From Thermotogota bacterium (GTDB lineage Bacteria; Thermotogota; Thermotogae; Petrotogales; Kosmotogaceae): a stretch of DNA of 46,115 nt. Positions 1 to 11,386 of the stretch are shown piece by piece. Position 1 is the first letter of the stretch; every line of letters starts with the position of its first letter. Position numbers and translations under genes: made by a program. The notes under the pieces are model-generated. The model was not told the DNA's origin and did not search any database. It saw only the letters and a program-made list of their open reading frames with translations. Location: assembly GCA_034660555.1 (NCBI GenBank), contig JAYEJL010000100.1, forward strand, positions 1-46,115, written 5' to 3'.

Positions 1-1
1 A

Positions 2-832
<831 letters not shown>

Positions 833-835
833 TAT

Positions 836-861
836 AAAGGGGAGCCCAGGACTCCCTTTTT
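836..861 (+). terminator. Terminator-like hairpin between gap and pgk
   Basis: AAAGGGGAG-cccagga-CTCCCTTTTT inverted repeat ending in a T tract directly after the gap stop. Confidence 0.65.
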
Positions 862-887
862 ACGTTCTAAATGAAGGAGTGAAATGA

Positions 888-2105
888 ATGAGCAAAAAAA
901 ATATAAAGGATGTTAACTTACAAGGTAAAAGGGTTTTAATGAGAGTTGATTTTAATGTACCCATTAATAAAGAAAGTGGTGAAGTTGCAGATGACACAAG
1001 AATAAGAGCTGCGTTACCCACAATAAAATATGTCATCGAAAATGGAGGCAAAGCAATACTAATGTCTCATCTGGGTAGACCCAAGGGAGAAAGAAAACCT
1101 GATTTCAGTCTCAGGCCGGTTGCAAAAAGATTAGAAAAATTAATCGGTAAACACGTAACTTTTGTTGAAGACTGCATAGGTGAAGCTCCAATGAAGGCCA
1201 TTAATGCGATGAACGATGGAGAAATAGTTTTACTGGAAAATGTAAGATTTTATCCTGGTGAAAAGAAAAACGATCCTTCTTTTGCAAGTGAGTTAGCAAA
1301 ATTTGGTGACATACACGTAAACGATGCATTTGGCACTGCTCATAGAGCACACGCTTCAAATGTTGGAGTGGCTGATCATATGGAAAGTATTGCGGGCTTT
1401 TTGATGCAAAAGGAAATTGATATGCTTGGAAAAGCCGTGAGTAATCCAAATCATCCTTATGTAGTAATTCTTGGTGGCGCAAAGGTTTCAGATAAAATTG
1501 GTGTCATTGAAAATTTAATGAATAAAGCTAACAAGATATTGATTGGTGGCGCAATGATGTTTACTTTCTTGAAATCTCAGGGCAAAAAAGTTGGTGATTC
1601 TTTAGTTGAAGATGATAAACTCGACCTTGCTAAATCTTTATTATCAAAGGCCAAGGAAAAAAATTTAAAGCTTGTGTTGCCCGTTGATACAGTTATCGCT
1701 AAGGAAATTAAAGCTGGTACTGAAAATAGAACAGTTTCATTCGATGAAGGTGTTCCAGATGGTTGGAAGGGACTAGATATCGGACCAAAAACAATCGAAC
1801 TTTTCAAAGAAGAGCTTGATGGAGCAAACACTGTGGTCTGGAATGGCCCGATGGGTGTTTTTGAAATTGAAGATTTTGTCGTAGGAACGGAGAAAATTGC
1901 AAGAGTGCTTGCTTCTATGAAAGCTGATACGATAATTGGCGGTGGAGACAGTGCAGCTGCCATTGCAAAGTTCGGACTTGAGAATGATGTTACTCATGTC
2001 TCTACTGGAGGTGGTGCTTCTTTGGCTATGCTTGAAGGTTCTGAACTGCCAGGCATCAAGTGTATTGCTGAAAAAAATTCCTCAAAAAAAAACTTAGAAA
2101 GCTGA
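888..2105 (+). CDS. pgk: Phosphoglycerate kinase (also N-terminal part of PGK-TPI fusion)
   Basis: [50 protein letters not shown] upstream. Confidence 0.98.
   Translation: MSKKNIKDVNLQGKRVLMRVDFNVPINKESGEVADDTRIRAALPTIKYVIENGGKAILMSHLGRPKGERKPDFSLRPVAKRLEKLIGKHVTFVEDCIGEAPMKAINAMNDGEIVLLENVRFYPGEKKNDPSFASELAKFGDIHVNDAFGTAHRAHASNVGVADHMESIAGFLMQKEIDMLGKAVSNPNHPYVVILGGAKVSDKIGVIENLMNKANKILIGGAMMFTFLKSQGKKVGDSLVEDDKLDLAKSLLSKAKEKNLKLVLPVDTVIAKEIKAGTENRTVSFDEGVPDGWKGLDIGPKTIELFKEELDGANTVVWNGPMGVFEIEDFVVGTEKIARVLASMKADTIIGGGDSAAAIAKFGLENDVTHVSTGGGASLAMLEGSELPGIKCIAEKNSSKKNLES
2072..2093 (+). other. Programmed -1 frameshift/slippage site joining pgk to tpi
   Basis: A_AAA_AAT (2072-2078) and an A9 run ending A_AAA_AAC (2084-2093) in the pgk frame; -1 frame is open from 2072 into tpi. 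Confidence 0.85.
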
Positions 2106-2854
2106 CTGTTGCTGGAAACTGGAAAATGAATAAAACACCAACAGAGGCAAAACTATTTGCCGGTCATATAGCATCATCTGTTGGAAACGAGAAGGAAATT
2201 GACATAATTGTTTGTCCACCGGCTATTGATCTACCTTTTGTTAGTGAAGTATTAAAGGATACCAGTATAATGATTGGTGCCCAAAATGTTCATGAGGAAA
2301 AAAGCGGGGCATTTACTGGAGAGATTTCGCTAAATATGCTGAAAGACCTTGAAATAACACATGTAATTATCGGGCATTCAGAACGCAGGCATGTTTTCGG
2401 AGAATCTAATTCACGTATAAACAAAAAATTAATTGCCACAATCAATGAAGGATTAACGCCCATATTTTGTGTAGGAGAGACACTGGAAGAAAGAGAAATG
2501 GGATTAACAAATAACGTTTTAGAGCGACAGATAAGAAAAGGACTAAAAGACATAGACAAAACTTCCGTTGAAAAGATGTTGATTGCATACGAACCTGTTT
2601 GGGCTATTGGTACAGGGAAGGTTGCCAAACCAGAGCAAGCAGATACAGCCATGGGCTATATAAGAAAGTTGCTTGGAGAAATATATGAAAAAGAACTGAG
2701 TGGAAAAATACGATTATTGTATGGTGGTAGTATAAAACCAAACAATATGGACAGTCTTATAAAAATGTCCAACATTGATGGAGGATTAATCGGCGGAGCA
2801 AGCCTCAAAGAAAGTTTTATGGAGCTTGTGTCAATAGTGAAGAAATATATATAA
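2093..2854 (+). CDS. tpiA: Triosephosphate isomerase domain, in -1 frame relative to pgk
   Basis: -1 frame reads [15 protein letters not shown] upstream of the ORF-track ATG (2126); [30 protein letters not shown]. Confidence 0.97.
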   Translation, partial: LRKLTVAGNWKMNKTPTEAKLFAGHIASSVGNEKEIDIIVCPPAIDLPFVSEVLKDTSIMIGAQNVHEEKSGAFTGEISLNMLKDLEITHVIIGHSERRHVFGESNSRINKKLIATINEGLTPIFCVGETLEEREMGLTNNVLERQIRKGLKDIDKTSVEKMLIAYEPVWAIGTGKVAKPEQADTAMGYIRKLLGEIYEKELSGKIRLLYGGSIKPNNMDSLIKMSNIDGGLIGGASLKESFMELVSIVKKYI

Positions 2855-2868
2855 AAGGTTTTTTTCTT

Positions 2869-2898
2869 AAGGAACCGCTAAGGCGGTTCCTTTTATTT
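2869..2898 (+). terminator. Rho-independent terminator after tpi
   Basis: Perfect stem AAGGAACCGC-taag-GCGGTTCCTT followed by TTATTTT. Confidence 0.9.
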
Positions 2899-2915
2899 TA
2901 TATAATTACTTTCAA

Positions 2916-2924
2916 TGCTATAAT
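2916..2924 (+). promoter_or_regulatory. Extended -10 promoter element
   Basis: TGCTATAAT (TGnTATAAT consensus) between the terminator and the SD AGGGGGTG of the next gene. Confidence 0.65.
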
Positions 2925-2947
2925 TTTTAGACAAGGGGGTGAATTTA

Positions 2948-3196
2948 ATGGAAATATCTCAGCAGCTCGAGCATGTAGTAGACAAACTTGTGGATGAGTT
3001 TAGAAAGATAAATAAAGAAAACATTCAGCTTTGGAGTCAATTAGAAGAACAGGAAAAGAAGAATGAAGAACTTGAGAACAGGGTAAAAGAACTTAAAAAT
3101 AAACTGGAAGAAGAAAGAGAAGTACTTGAAAACTTAATAGAACGGGTAAAAGAAAGTTTAGATAAAGTGAGAACCAAAGAGGGAGAAGTAACATGA
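2948..3196 (+). CDS. Small coiled-coil protein, ZapB-like
   Basis: Heptad-rich E/K/L/Q sequence overlapping zapA; ATG 2948 chosen for SD spacing (ORF track starts at GTG 2939). Confidence 0.6.
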   Translation: MEISQQLEHVVDKLVDEFRKINKENIQLWSQLEEQEKKNEELENRVKELKNKLEEEREVLENLIERVKESLDKVRTKEGEVT

Positions 3197-3492
3197 GAAG
3201 ATATGTGAAATTACAACTGGGTGACAAAGAATTTGAGTTTCTTACTACTGATCCTGATGAGTTTGTAGAAAAGGTATTTAGCGAGATACAGAGAGAATAC
3301 GAACTGCTCGAAAAGCATTCGTCAAATGTAGGATTTGAAAAGATTATTGCTGGTATACTGGTTAACAAGGTAGGCGAATTAATAAAAACGGAAAGTGAGT
3401 TACAGAGATTAAAAGAAAAATACAATGATGTGCTTTCAGAGCTTAACAGAGGACGTGGAAAAATTGGCAAAAAAAAGGATAGGGATCTTTGA
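3193..3492 (+). CDS. zapA: Cell division protein ZapA family
   Basis: 99 aa; N-terminal VKLQLGDKEFEF strand pair, central helix, KIIAGILVN helix then coiled coil. Confidence 0.65.
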   Translation: MRRYVKLQLGDKEFEFLTTDPDEFVEKVFSEIQREYELLEKHSSNVGFEKIIAGILVNKVGELIKTESELQRLKEKYNDVLSELNRGRGKIGKKKDRDL

Positions 3493-4285
3493 TTCCGGGA
3501 TTGGTGGTATAACTGTATTAAAAGAACTTTTGGATAGCGATATAACAGGTGTGACTTTTATATATGTTGCAGATACTGCACACGTTCCATATGGTTCAAA
3601 ACCCAGGCGATTATTGCATGGATATATTAATAATATATTGGATTTTCTTATTAAATTTGATGTTTCAAGCATTATTTGTGCCTGTAATACTTCCGATTCA
3701 ATACTTTCAGATGAAGAAAAAAGCTCACTTGGCGTAGATTACATAAGTGTAATAGACAGTGCTGTTGGGTTTCTTTCGCGTATTCTCAAAGGAAAGAACA
3801 ATATCGCGATAATCGGAACAGAAACAACTGTTAGAAGATCGGTTTATTTGAGAAAACTCATTTCCCTTAAGCAAATAAAGAATGTTTATCAGAAAGCGTG
3901 TCCTCTTTTTGTACCTATGGTAGAGGAAGGTCTGTGGGAGGGAGAGCTTGTTGAAAAAATTGTTTCCTTCTATTTGAACGACATTAGAGATATCGGGGTC
4001 GACAGGTTGATACTTGGTTGTACCCATTATCCTTTTCTGAAAAAGGCTATAGTAAAGTTTATCGGAAGTGAAATTGCAATCGATGACCCATCAGTTTACC
4101 TTGCAAAACAATTTAAGCAAGAACCGGATAAAAATGAAGATGCTGAGATCGGAGTCGAATATTATGTTACTGGAGACCCCAAAATGTTCGAAGAGCAACT
4201 TTCAATAATAGATAATAATCTGCTCACATATCCTGTAAAAAAGATAGAAGAAGTTAACTCTGGCTTGGATATAAATGCCGGGTGA
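3464..4285 (+). CDS. murI: Glutamate racemase
   Basis: IGIFDSGIGG, DTAHVPYG, ACNT and LGCTHYP catalytic cysteines; TTG 3464 is the likely start (ORF track 3425). Confidence 0.95.
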   Translation: MAKKRIGIFDSGIGGITVLKELLDSDITGVTFIYVADTAHVPYGSKPRRLLHGYINNILDFLIKFDVSSIICACNTSDSILSDEEKSSLGVDYISVIDSAVGFLSRILKGKNNIAIIGTETTVRRSVYLRKLISLKQIKNVYQKACPLFVPMVEEGLWEGELVEKIVSFYLNDIRDIGVDRLILGCTHYPFLKKAIVKFIGSEIAIDDPSVYLAKQFKQEPDKNEDAEIGVEYYVTGDPKMFEEQLSIIDNNLLTYPVKKIEEVNSGLDINAG

Positions 4286-4291
4286 GATTAT

Positions 4292-5161
4292 ATGAAAAAA
4301 AGTGAATTATTTGTAATAACAGGAATGTCCGGAGCGGGGAAAACATCCGCTCTTAAAATACTGGAAGATTTTGGTATATTTTGCGTTGATAATGTGGCAC
4401 CATCAGTTATAAGAGATTTTGTTTCTGTTCTGATTGAATCTAAACTTAAAAGACTTGCCATTGTAATTGATGTTAGGGTGATTTTGAAGTTTGGAAGCTC
4501 CGAGGAAATTATAAACCAGCTAAAAAGTCTCGATAATGAGCTTTCTATCAAAATAATATTTCTTGATGCTGATGATGACATAATTATGTATAGATACAGG
4601 AAAACCCGAAGAGCTCACCCCCTTTCAAGAGATTATTCCCTAAAAGAAAGCATAGAAAAAGAGAGACAGCTAATAGCTCCGTTAATGCATGAAGCAAACT
4701 TCGTTTTGAACACTTCCAACCTTGAAATTCAGGATTTTAAAAACCACATCTTAAAATTAATTCGACCATCAGAAGGTGAAATTCCACCAATGAAACTGAT
4801 TATTGAGAGTTTTAGTTATAGTTACGGTATACCAACGGATGCAAATCTAGTGTTTGATGTAAGATTTCTCGCGAATCCATTTTACATACCAAAATTAGCG
4901 GAGCTGTCCGGTAAAGATCCAAGGATCAAAGATTTTCTTGAGAAGTCAAAGGTTTTGAAAAAATACATGAAATCTGTCAATTCAGTTATCAAAACTACAC
5001 TTTCGGAATTTAGCAGTACAGGTAGAAATCAGCTCAAAGTTGCAATAGGATGTACTGGCGGAAAGCATAGATCGGTTTATGTAGCAGAAAAAATATATGA
5101 AGAGCTGGGGGCCACCTTTGGTGATAATGTTGATATTATACTACAACACAGGGAGTTGTAA
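4292..5161 (+). CDS. rapZ: RNase adapter RapZ/YvcJ P-loop protein
   Basis: ITGMSGAGKT, FCVDN, TRRAHPL, FDVRFLANP, IGCTGGKHRSV. Confidence 0.95.
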   Translation: MKKSELFVITGMSGAGKTSALKILEDFGIFCVDNVAPSVIRDFVSVLIESKLKRLAIVIDVRVILKFGSSEEIINQLKSLDNELSIKIIFLDADDDIIMYRYRKTRRAHPLSRDYSLKESIEKERQLIAPLMHEANFVLNTSNLEIQDFKNHILKLIRPSEGEIPPMKLIIESFSYSYGIPTDANLVFDVRFLANPFYIPKLAELSGKDPRIKDFLEKSKVLKKYMKSVNSVIKTTLSEFSSTGRNQLKVAIGCTGGKHRSVYVAEKIYEELGATFGDNVDIILQHREL

Positions 5162-5163
5162 GT

Positions 5164-6123
5164 ATGTCAGATGTAGTAGTTATAGGAGGCGGCACGGGTC
5201 TAAGCACACTTGGACGTGTTCTTAAAAGGCTTCCAGTTAACTTAACATTTATTGTGACAATTACAGATGATGGAGGGAGTTCAGGTCGACTAAGAGAAGA
5301 TTTGGGTATGCCCCCTCCAGGTGATATAAGAAACAACCTTTTGGCTCTGGCAAATGATGAAAACCTTCTGGCAGAGGTGTTCAGTTATCGCTTCAAATCT
5401 GATAAACTATTGAGACACTCTCTGGGCAATTTGATTTTGGCAGGATTAACTGAAATGAAAGGAAGTTTTCCTGAAGCTGTTGCGGCAGCTTCTAAGTTAC
5501 TCCGAATAAGGGGAATAGTACTTCCGGTAGCAGATGCGCTTATACATCTGGTTGGAGAGTTCGATGATGGTACTATATTGAAAGGTGAAACGAATATTAC
5601 AAATAAAGGATGTTCGCCTAAAGAATTAAAACTTGATAGATCTGTGAAGGCATTACCGGAAGTTGTGGAAGCTATAGAGAAAGCTGACTACATACTACTG
5701 GGGCCAGGTAGTCTTTTTACGAGTGTAGTAAGCAATTTTCTTGTAGACGGAGTAGTGCAAGCAATTCAAAAAAGCAATGGAAAAAAAGTGTATATATCGA
5801 ATTTGATGACCCAGCCTGGTGAAACAAAAGGTTTTACCCTTAAGAACCATGTATCAATAATTGAAAAATATTCAAAAGTTAGTATTGATAAGATTTTTTG
5901 GGTTGATTTATCAAGTATTGAAAAAAGAGAGCCAGAGATTTTTGAAAACTACAGAAGTAGAGGAGCAGTACCGGTAAAAAACGATATGAAAGATGACAAT
6001 AGGGTCACTAGAATTAAAGCTTTCGAAGAAAAACAGTTAGAAACAAACGAGGAAAAGCTTGTATTAAGACATTCTGAAAAATCAATAATTGAAATAGCAA
6101 AAATATTGGGAATTTCGGAGTAG
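5164..6123 (+). CDS. yvcK: YvcK/CofD family UDP-GlcNAc-binding protein
   Basis: IGGGTGLS, DDGGSSGRLR, PPGDIRN, HSLGNL, GPGSLFTS, NLMTQPGET. Confidence 0.95.
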   Translation: MSDVVVIGGGTGLSTLGRVLKRLPVNLTFIVTITDDGGSSGRLREDLGMPPPGDIRNNLLALANDENLLAEVFSYRFKSDKLLRHSLGNLILAGLTEMKGSFPEAVAAASKLLRIRGIVLPVADALIHLVGEFDDGTILKGETNITNKGCSPKELKLDRSVKALPEVVEAIEKADYILLGPGSLFTSVVSNFLVDGVVQAIQKSNGKKVYISNLMTQPGETKGFTLKNHVSIIEKYSKVSIDKIFWVDLSSIEKREPEIFENYRSRGAVPVKNDMKDDNRVTRIKAFEEKQLETNEEKLVLRHSEKSIIEIAKILGISE

Positions 6124-6130
6124 AGAAATT

Positions 6131-7057
6131 ATGAGCTTTTCGGATAAGCTTAGAGATGAATTAAGTCATATAACAGTAAATAATCTTCTTGAGGTTAAAT
6201 CTGAGTTCTTAGGATTTGTAAAATCAAGAGGGAACCTATTAATTAGAGATAAGAAGAAATATCTCACAATTTATCTTTCGACAATGAGTTCGCTGAAAAG
6301 GTTATATATACTGGCAAAAAAGCTTGAAATAATGGTTTATGAAGGTCAGATAACTGAAGAAAAACGTTTTAATCATAGAAAAGGCGGAGAACTATCTTTT
6401 GAATATGAAGAAGTAGAAAGATTACTAAATAAAGCGAGCATATCAATCACAGATAATGATTTACCAAAATTCGTGAAGGAAGATCCAGCATATTTTGGGG
6501 CTTTTTTGAGGGGATTGTATCTGGCAGGTGGGTCAATAATTGATCCATCGAAGGGATACCATCTTGAAATTACGCTGGATACCAGTGAAAAATACATAGA
6601 GAAATTACAGAAGCATCTTTGGGATTCGTTTAATATAAAATCGGGTTTTGTAACGGTTAGAAGCCACTACAAGTTTTATATAAAATCAGCAAGAACAATA
6701 ATTGAATTCCTTTCATTAATGGAAGCGCATAATATTGTATCCTTACTCTTGAGAACCGTAGAAGTGAGACAGATTAGAGGAAATGTTAGCAGAACATTGA
6801 ATTTTATTACAGCAAATGCAAATAAATCAGGTCAGGCTATGGCTTCTCAGGTTAAAGCCATAAATAAAGTAGATGAGATTATTGGTCTTGACAGTCTCGA
6901 TAATGAACTTGAAGAACTTGCCAGGCTTAGATTAAAATACGAATATCTTTCTTTGAGAGAACTAGGAGAAATGATGGATCCTCCTATGACAAAATCTGAG
7001 GTTTACAACAGATTGAAAAAAATTAAGAAAATCGCTGGTGAATTGGGGGAAGAATAA
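6131..7057 (+). CDS. whiA: DNA-binding protein WhiA
   Basis: MSFS start, AFLRGLYLAGGSIIDP..YHLEI, SLRELGE...TKS; third gene of the rapZ-yvcK-whiA triad. Confidence 0.93.
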   Translation: MSFSDKLRDELSHITVNNLLEVKSEFLGFVKSRGNLLIRDKKKYLTIYLSTMSSLKRLYILAKKLEIMVYEGQITEEKRFNHRKGGELSFEYEEVERLLNKASISITDNDLPKFVKEDPAYFGAFLRGLYLAGGSIIDPSKGYHLEITLDTSEKYIEKLQKHLWDSFNIKSGFVTVRSHYKFYIKSARTIIEFLSLMEAHNIVSLLLRTVEVRQIRGNVSRTLNFITANANKSGQAMASQVKAINKVDEIIGLDSLDNELEELARLRLKYEYLSLRELGEMMDPPMTKSEVYNRLKKIKKIAGELGEE

Positions 7058-7521
7058 TGAAGTGCCCTTTTTGCAATCATGAAATTACGAGAGTAATAGA
7101 CACACGTTTAACAGATAATAATTCGGTTGTGAGACGAAGAAGAGAGTGTGAACATTGTAAAGGTAGATTTACCACCTATGAACGCTTTGAACGAAGGCCA
7201 ATATTCGTCATCAAAAAGGATGGCACAAAACAGAATTTTGATAGAGGAAAGATTCTTGGAGGTATTGCTAAAGCGTGCGAAAAACGGCCTGTTTCTCCTG
7301 AAGAAATGGAGCATTTGACTGAAGAGGTCGAAAATGAGATAATTCGAGAAGGAAAAACGGAGATAGAATCGCATGAAATTGGTGAATATGTTATGGAGAC
7401 ACTTAAGAAAAAAGATCGTGTCGCTTATGTAAGATATGCTTCAGTTTACAAAGAGTTCAGAGATTTGGATCATTTTATGGATATAATAGGTGAACTGAAA
7501 GATGAATTAAAGAATCGATGA
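7057..7521 (+). CDS. nrdR: Transcriptional repressor NrdR
   Basis: [24 protein letters not shown] cone [16 protein letters not shown]. Confidence 0.97.
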   Translation: MKCPFCNHEITRVIDTRLTDNNSVVRRRRECEHCKGRFTTYERFERRPIFVIKKDGTKQNFDRGKILGGIAKACEKRPVSPEEMEHLTEEVENEIIREGKTEIESHEIGEYVMETLKKKDRVAYVRYASVYKEFRDLDHFMDIIGELKDELKNR

Positions 7522-7534
7522 TGGAGGGATTTTG

Positions 7535-8011
7535 ATGGCAAAGAATGACGTAATATATTTAACGAAAGAGGGGTACGAAAATCTAAAAGAGGAGCTCAAT
7601 ACCTTAAGAAAGAAACTTATGTACGAAATTGCTGAAAGAATCAAGGAAGCAAGAGAACTTGGTGATCTTAGTGAAAACAGTGAGTATGATGAAGCAAAAA
7701 ATGAGCAGGGTCGAATTGATAGCCGCATTAAGGAACTGGAGAATATTTTAAATAATGCTGAGATTATCGAAGAAGAAGGCGATGGAAAAACGGTTAAGCT
7801 TGGTTCTAGAGTAGTTGTGAAGAATATGAAAACCAATGAAAAGAAAGAATTTCAGCTTGTCAATTCCCATGAAGCCAATGTTTTCAAAAACAAAATAAGT
7901 GTAGATTCCCCTATTGGTAGATCCATTTTGGATCGAAGTGTTAGTGAAAAGATAACAGTGAAAACACCTTCAGGATTGGTTAAGTATCAGATTCTTGCCA
8001 TTGAAAAATGA
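7535..8011 (+). CDS. greA: Transcription elongation factor GreA
   Basis: [31 protein letters not shown]. Confidence 0.97.
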   Translation: MAKNDVIYLTKEGYENLKEELNTLRKKLMYEIAERIKEARELGDLSENSEYDEAKNEQGRIDSRIKELENILNNAEIIEEEGDGKTVKLGSRVVVKNMKTNEKKEFQLVNSHEANVFKNKISVDSPIGRSILDRSVSEKITVKTPSGLVKYQILAIEK

Positions 8012-8031
8012 ACAAGTGGGAGGATTTTTAA

Positions 8032-9537
8032 ATGAATGAAGAAATCAGACAACACAAATTAGCCGAGATCGAAGAAATGAAGGAAAAAGATATAGTTCCG
8101 TATCCTTATAACTTTAATAAAAAGGATAACATCAAGGACATTTTGGAAAGATTTAAGGATCTTGAAACTTCTGAAACACTTGAAGACGAAAGTGTAACCA
8201 CAGCTGGAAGAGTAATGGCTTTAAGGCATCATGGAAAATCGTCGTTTTTTGAAATTAAGGACGAAACTGGAAGAGTACAGGCTTATATAAGAAAGAATGA
8301 AGTTGGTGTGGAAGCTTTCAACAACTTCAAAAAGTATACAAGCCTCGGTGATTTTGTTGGAATAGAGGGGTTCCCCTTTAAAACGCATACGGGAGAGCTA
8401 TCAATATACATAAAAAGTTTTCAGATTTTAACAAAGGCAATAAGAACGCTGCCCGAAAAGTGGCACGGACTTAAAGACAAAGAGATTATTTATCGCCAGA
8501 GATACGTCGAAATGCTCTCAAATGACGAAGCACTAAAAAGAGTAAAAATGCGCTTTGAGATGATGAAATATGTAAGAGAATTTCTTAACGATAGAGGTTT
8601 TATTGAAGTACAAACACCCATATTGGAATCAGTGACAGGAGGAGCTTCAGCCAAACCTTTTATTACGCACATCAATCTGTTCGATGAGGATATGTATTTA
8701 AGAATTTCTCTTGAGTTATATTTAAAACGCTACCTAGTAGGAGGTATGGAAAAAGTTTACGAAATCGGAAAAAATTTCCGTAATGAGGGAATGTCTTATA
8801 AACATCATCCTGAATTCACCATGATGGAGCTTTATCAAGCTTATGCAGATTATAAAGACATTATGGAATTAACTGAGGAATTGATTAGTAAGGTAGTTGA
8901 AAAACTAATGGGCACAAAGAAGATCACGTATCAGGGTAAAGAAATCGATTTTTCCACACCCTGGAGAAGGGTGCGTTTTGTTGATTTTATTAAAGAAAAA
9001 CTGAATGTTGACGTACTTGAAGATACCAATGAAAGACTTATGGAGGTTCTGGAAGAGAACAATAGTATACCTGAACTTAAAGAGAGAAGTCATCTTATTG
9101 AAAAATTATGGGATCTGGTGGAAGATGACATTGTCCAACCTACTTTTGTTATGGACCATCCTGAAATAATATCCCCGCTTGCCAAGATTAATAGAAACGA
9201 TAAAAGATTAACGGAGCGCTTTGAGTCTGTAATATATGGTATGGAATGTGGAAACGCGTTTAGTGAACTTAATGATCCTGTAGAACAGTTAAAAAGATTT
9301 CGAAAGCAGGTTGAATTACGTGAAAGTGGAGATGAAGAAGCACAGATGATGGATCTTGACTTTATAAGAGCTCTTGAGTATGGTATGCCTCCAACAGGTG
9401 GCCTGGGTATAGGCTGGGACAGAATACTTATGCTTGTTTCCAATTCAACAAGCATAAGAGATGTAATACCATTCCCGCTTGTAAGGCCAAGACCTTTTGA
9501 AGAAGAAGAGTTTGAAGCAGAAAATGACAACACATAG
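8032..9537 (+). CDS. lysS: Lysine--tRNA ligase class II
   Basis: [41 protein letters not shown]. Confidence 0.98.
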   Translation: MNEEIRQHKLAEIEEMKEKDIVPYPYNFNKKDNIKDILERFKDLETSETLEDESVTTAGRVMALRHHGKSSFFEIKDETGRVQAYIRKNEVGVEAFNNFKKYTSLGDFVGIEGFPFKTHTGELSIYIKSFQILTKAIRTLPEKWHGLKDKEIIYRQRYVEMLSNDEALKRVKMRFEMMKYVREFLNDRGFIEVQTPILESVTGGASAKPFITHINLFDEDMYLRISLELYLKRYLVGGMEKVYEIGKNFRNEGMSYKHHPEFTMMELYQAYADYKDIMELTEELISKVVEKLMGTKKITYQGKEIDFSTPWRRVRFVDFIKEKLNVDVLEDTNERLMEVLEENNSIPELKERSHLIEKLWDLVEDDIVQPTFVMDHPEIISPLAKINRNDKRLTERFESVIYGMECGNAFSELNDPVEQLKRFRKQVELRESGDEEAQMMDLDFIRALEYGMPPTGGLGIGWDRILMLVSNSTSIRDVIPFPLVRPRPFEEEEFEAENDNT

Positions 9538-9554
9538 TCATTGGGAGGTGCTCT

Positions 9555-10016
9555 ATGAAGTTATATGAAGAGCTACAGAATGAATTAAAGAAATCTTTGA
9601 AGAGCAGAGACAGTTTACGTGCAAATACAATAAGGTCAGTCATTGCCGCAGTGAAAAATTATCTTACATCTTCAGAGGAAGCAAAAGAAGAAGGGGCAAC
9701 AGATGAAATAGTACAAAAACTAATTATGAAAGAAGTTAAAAATAGAAAAGAATCTATAGAACAATACGAAAAAGCTGATAGAAAAGAACTTGCAGAAAAG
9801 GAGCAAAAAGAAATGGAAATTTTAAAGGAATTTATGCCAGAAATGTTATCTGAAGATGAAATAAGGAAGCTTGCAATAGAAACAATTGACGAGATCGACG
9901 CTAAGGACCCTTCAGATCTTGGAAACGTAATGAGAAATATTATGCCAAAAGTAAAGGGAAGAGCGGATGGAAAAGTTGTAAATAAAATAGTAAGAGAGTT
10001 GTTGGAGAGCCGTTAA
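9555..10016 (+). CDS. yqeY: GatB/YqeY domain protein
   Basis: KEVKNRKESIEQY, FMPEMLSEDEI, KVKGRADGKVVN. Confidence 0.92.
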   Translation: MKLYEELQNELKKSLKSRDSLRANTIRSVIAAVKNYLTSSEEAKEEGATDEIVQKLIMKEVKNRKESIEQYEKADRKELAEKEQKEMEILKEFMPEMLSEDEIRKLAIETIDEIDAKDPSDLGNVMRNIMPKVKGRADGKVVNKIVRELLESR

Positions 10017-11380
10017 TGAAGGTTGAGTATATCATTGCTGAAATCGGTAGTACAACAACGATGCTTTCAGCTTTTTCTACCGACGGAAGCGGGAAATTGA
10101 TTTTTCTTGGCCAGGGTGAATCCTATACCACAGTTAATGAAAATGATGTGACTATTGGTATTGAAAGGGCACTTAATAAGCTAAAAGAACGACTTGAAGC
10201 AAAGAATCTTACCTGGGGTTCCTTTTTGGCTACCAGTAGCGCTGCAGGAGGCTTAAGAATCACCGTTCATGGACTTGTATATGATATGACTGTAAAAGCT
10301 GCAAGAGAGGCAGCTCTAGGCGCTGGTGGAGTAATACAATATGTCACTGCAGGCAAGATCAGAGAAAAGAATCTTGAGTATATAAAAAAATACAATCCCA
10401 AACTTATTTTGTTTGCTGGTGGAGTAGATTATGGGGAAATGGAAACAGTGCTTCACAATGCTCGGTTACTATCGAAATTGGATATTGATGTCCCTATAGT
10501 ATATGCAGGTAATGTTGCTGCGAATGATGAAATAAACGATATATTTGAAGGAAATGGTAAGAACATTATCATCACAGAGAATGTCTATCCAAGAATTGAT
10601 CAGCTGAATGTGGAGCCTACAAAAGAAATTATTAGAAATGTATTTGCCAGAAATATTGTTAAAGCTCCCGGTATGGAAAAAATATATTCTGCAATTGATA
10701 AAGATATTATCCCAACTCCAGCAGCGGTTATGTTAACCACTGAATTGCTTGCTGAAAGTATGCACGATGTTATGGTTGTAGATATTGGTGGTGCAACTAC
10801 TGATGTGGATTCGTATACAAGCGGAGATTCTGAGATTCAAAATATGTTGATATCCCCTGAGCCTCTCGCAAAAAGAACAGTGGAAGGTGATCTTGGTGTA
10901 TTCATAAATGCTGAAAGAGTAGCCAAATATATTGGATTAGATAAGTTAAAACAGGAATTTTCAGCGTCAGAAGAATTACTAAAAAATGTATCACCGTATC
11001 CAAAAAGTAAAGAACAGGAAAGGTTTATATCAAGACTTGCAAGATATTGTTTCGAAGCTTCGGTTAGAAGACATGCAGGTAAAATAAGACGCCTTTTTGG
11101 TCCTCTCGGAAGGGTTGAAGTTGCTGAGGGGAAGGATCTAACTGCAATAAAACAGGTAATTGGTACCGGTGGGGTCTTAACTAAGTCGAAGTACAAATTG
11201 CAGATTATGAAAAATCTGGAAATTCTTTCAAGAAAATATCCGGATGAACTGTTCCCCAGAACAGATGTGAAAAAGGGAGTGGACAAAAATTATATTTTTG
11301 CTGCTATAGGAGTACTTTCAACTGTTGATAGACAGGGGTCCTTGGATTTACTATCTGGCGGTATTGAAATGATAGATTGA
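10016..11380 (+). CDS. GlmL/MutL-type (B12 mutase reactivase-like) actin-fold ATPase
   Basis: AEIGSTTT, TSSAAGGLR, AALGAG, VVDIGGATTDVDS, KRTVEGDLG, IGTGGVL. Confidence 0.8.
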   Translation: MKVEYIIAEIGSTTTMLSAFSTDGSGKLIFLGQGESYTTVNENDVTIGIERALNKLKERLEAKNLTWGSFLATSSAAGGLRITVHGLVYDMTVKAAREAALGAGGVIQYVTAGKIREKNLEYIKKYNPKLILFAGGVDYGEMETVLHNARLLSKLDIDVPIVYAGNVAANDEINDIFEGNGKNIIITENVYPRIDQLNVEPTKEIIRNVFARNIVKAPGMEKIYSAIDKDIIPTPAAVMLTTELLAESMHDVMVVDIGGATTDVDSYTSGDSEIQNMLISPEPLAKRTVEGDLGVFINAERVAKYIGLDKLKQEFSASEELLKNVSPYPKSKEQERFISRLARYCFEASVRRHAGKIRRLFGPLGRVEVAEGKDLTAIKQVIGTGGVLTKSKYKLQIMKNLEILSRKYPDELFPRTDVKKGVDKNYIFAAIGVLSTVDRQGSLDLLSGGIEMID

Positions 11381-11386
11381 ACAACA

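Noticed and set aside
2126..2854. Stand-alone tpi starting at ATG 2126
   Set aside because: Would omit the AGNWK catalytic motif and has no clear SD.
3469..3477. A_AAA_AAG slippery heptamer in the zapA/murI overlap as a ZapA-MurI fusion signal
   Set aside because: murI is in the +1 frame relative to zapA, so a -1 shift does not join them; murI has its own SD and start.
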